Part shown: positions 23,152 through 24,311 of the stretch, piece by piece | Layout of the letters: each line of letters begins with the position of its first letter | Numbering within the stretch: the first letter of the stretch is position 1 | Origin: a virus | Lineage: Duplodnaviria; Caudoviricetes | DNA length: 24,311 nt | Virus record (IMG/VR): IMGVR_UViG_3300031644_000019 | Location: 1-24,311 of that record | Strand: one strand, 5' to 3' | Notes under the pieces: model-generated | What the model was told of the DNA's origin: nothing | Seen by the model: the letters and a program-made list of their open reading frames with translations, nothing else | The model's database searches: none | Translations under genes and position numbers: made by a program

Positions 23152-24075
23152 ATGGCATATATAACAGATTATCAATACTACGAAAATGGAGGACTAAATC
23201 CTGAAGATGAAAATTGGGGGTCTTACCAATATGTATCTTTAAATGATATAGTAAATAATTTTATAGTTATGTATGTTGGAAACGACAAACTAATTAATAA
23301 TGTTGAAAGGTATAATATTTTATTTCATGCTAAAAGAGCTGTACAAGAGTTAAATTATGATTCTTTAAAAGAAATTAAAATTTTAGAATTACAAGTTTGT
23401 GACACATTAAGGTTTGTTTTACCTCCTGACTATGTAAATTGGGTTAGAATATCAATGTATAAAAATGGAACATTATTTCCATTAACTGAAAATATTCAAA
23501 CTAATTGGAGTAATGCATATCTACAAGATAATAATTGTAGAATTTTATTTGACCAAGATGGAAATATTTTAAAGCCTGAAAATTCTACTTTAGATATTGA
23601 CAGAATAACAGGAAGTAAAAAAAGTATATACTTAAACCAACAAAGCGCCTATAATGGACAGGAAGGTTATTTTTATAATGGCATATGGTACTTTGAATAT
23701 CCTGTTGGAGCAAGATATGGATTGAATACAGAAACAGCAAATGCTAATCCTACATTTAAAATAAATAAAAAAGGAGGTGTAATTAATTTTAGTTCTGATG
23801 TTTCAGGTGAGTTAATAGTTCTTGAATATGTATCTGATGGAATGGAGAATGGAGATGACTCTGAGATAAGTGTAAATAAATTATTTGAAGAGTTTATATA
23901 CTCTTACATGAAGTATGTAATACTCTCAAGTAAATACGGTATTCAAGAATACATCATAAACAGGTCTAGAAAAGAGAAATCAGCACTCCTAAGGAACGCA
24001 AAATTAAGATTGAGCAATATACACCCAGGAAGATTATTAATGAATCTAAGAGGTCAAAATAAGTGGATAAAATAG
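23152..24075 (+). CDS. Second tail ring / tubular structural protein
   Basis: AKRAVQEL.YD, LPPDYVNWVRIS and LEYVSDG, typical of ring-protein paralogues. Confidence 0.6.
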   Translation: MAYITDYQYYENGGLNPEDENWGSYQYVSLNDIVNNFIVMYVGNDKLINNVERYNILFHAKRAVQELNYDSLKEIKILELQVCDTLRFVLPPDYVNWVRISMYKNGTLFPLTENIQTNWSNAYLQDNNCRILFDQDGNILKPENSTLDIDRITGSKKSIYLNQQSAYNGQEGYFYNGIWYFEYPVGARYGLNTETANANPTFKINKKGGVINFSSDVSGELIVLEYVSDGMENGDDSEISVNKLFEEFIYSYMKYVILSSKYGIQEYIINRSRKEKSALLRNAKLRLSNIHPGRLLMNLRGQNKWIK

Positions 24076-24076
24076 T

Positions 24077-24311
24077 ATGGCTAAGATTCAAAAGAATTTC
24101 ATAAAAGGACGAATGAATAAAGGCGTTGATGAACGATTAGTTCCTCAAGGTGAATATGTTGATGCTTTAAATATACGATTAGGTTCTACTGAAGGAACTG
24201 AGATTGGAGCTGTAGAAAACTCAAAAGGAAATGAGCTACTAGTGCAGCTTAAGTTTGGTGGTCAAGCATTAAGTAGTAATGCTAGATGTATTGGAGCTTT
24301 TGAAGATGGTG
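24077..24311 (+). CDS. Tail stabilisation / muzzle protein (P22 gp10-like), 5' part, truncated by the window end (not in ORF track)
   Basis: Hand translation MAKIQKNFIKGRMNKGVDERLVPQGEYVDALNIRLGSTEGTEIGAVENSKGN..., open to the window end; F..G.MN...D....P.GEY.DA.N.R motif. Confidence 0.75.
   Translation, partial: MAKIQKNFIKGRMNKGVDERLVPQGEYVDALNIRLGSTEGTEIGAVENSKGNELLVQLKFGGQALSSNARCIGAFEDG

Larger units (their letters stand above)
1..24311 (+). mobile_element. Tailed dsDNA bacteriophage genome segment (podovirus-like, probable Bacteroidota/Flavobacteriia host)
   Basis: Contiguous terminase, portal, scaffold, major capsid, tail ring and stabilisation genes, endolysin/holins and fibres. No host housekeeping context. 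Bacteroidota-type TAnnTTTG promoters. Confidence 0.95.

Noticed and set aside
1-24311. Stop-codon reassignment as in some crAss-like phages
   Set aside because: TAG and TGA end full-length genes at positions followed by the next start (e.g. 9064, 10086, 18643, 21243, 24075); large genes are intact under code 11.
1-24311. tRNA or structured ncRNA genes
   Set aside because: Intergenic gaps are short and AT-rich; no cloverleaf or T-loop signature was seen by eye. An Infernal or tRNAscan run would be decisive.

Overview
The whole window reads as a contiguous piece of an AT-rich tailed dsDNA phage genome. The host is most likely Bacteroidota/Flavobacteriia: seven intergenic TAnnTTTG '-7' promoters, A-rich leaders without Shine-Dalgarno. 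The TerL-portal-scaffold-MCP-ring-ring-'muzzle' order resembles phi38:1-like and crAss-related podoviruses (recognised from memory, not searched). Left to right: an AT-rich intergenic region with short iteron-like repeats; phage groEL-groES; a lone minus-strand winged-helix gene; a tightly coupled array of 12 tiny, mostly Lys/Arg-rich ORFs (6 missed by the ORF track); an RcGTA-like head-spike module whose fibre carries nested carbohydrate-binding-like repeats; a lysis cassette (two holin candidates around a peptidase M15 endolysin); a tail fibre; a second, tandem double-domain GroES-like gene; and the packaging, head and tail-ring genes. The best candidates for undescribed biology are (i) the basic micro-protein array with its repeated AATAATTATG junctions and a palindromic, possibly bidirectional promoter/operator shared with the wHTH gene, (ii) a three-component chaperonin system (GroEL + GroES + Cpn20-like double GroES beside the capsid genes) and (iii) a split head-spike system with domains inserted inside each other. 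No tRNA, rRNA, CRISPR or stop-codon recoding was seen. All family assignments come from motif recognition by eye and need HMM or structure confirmation.
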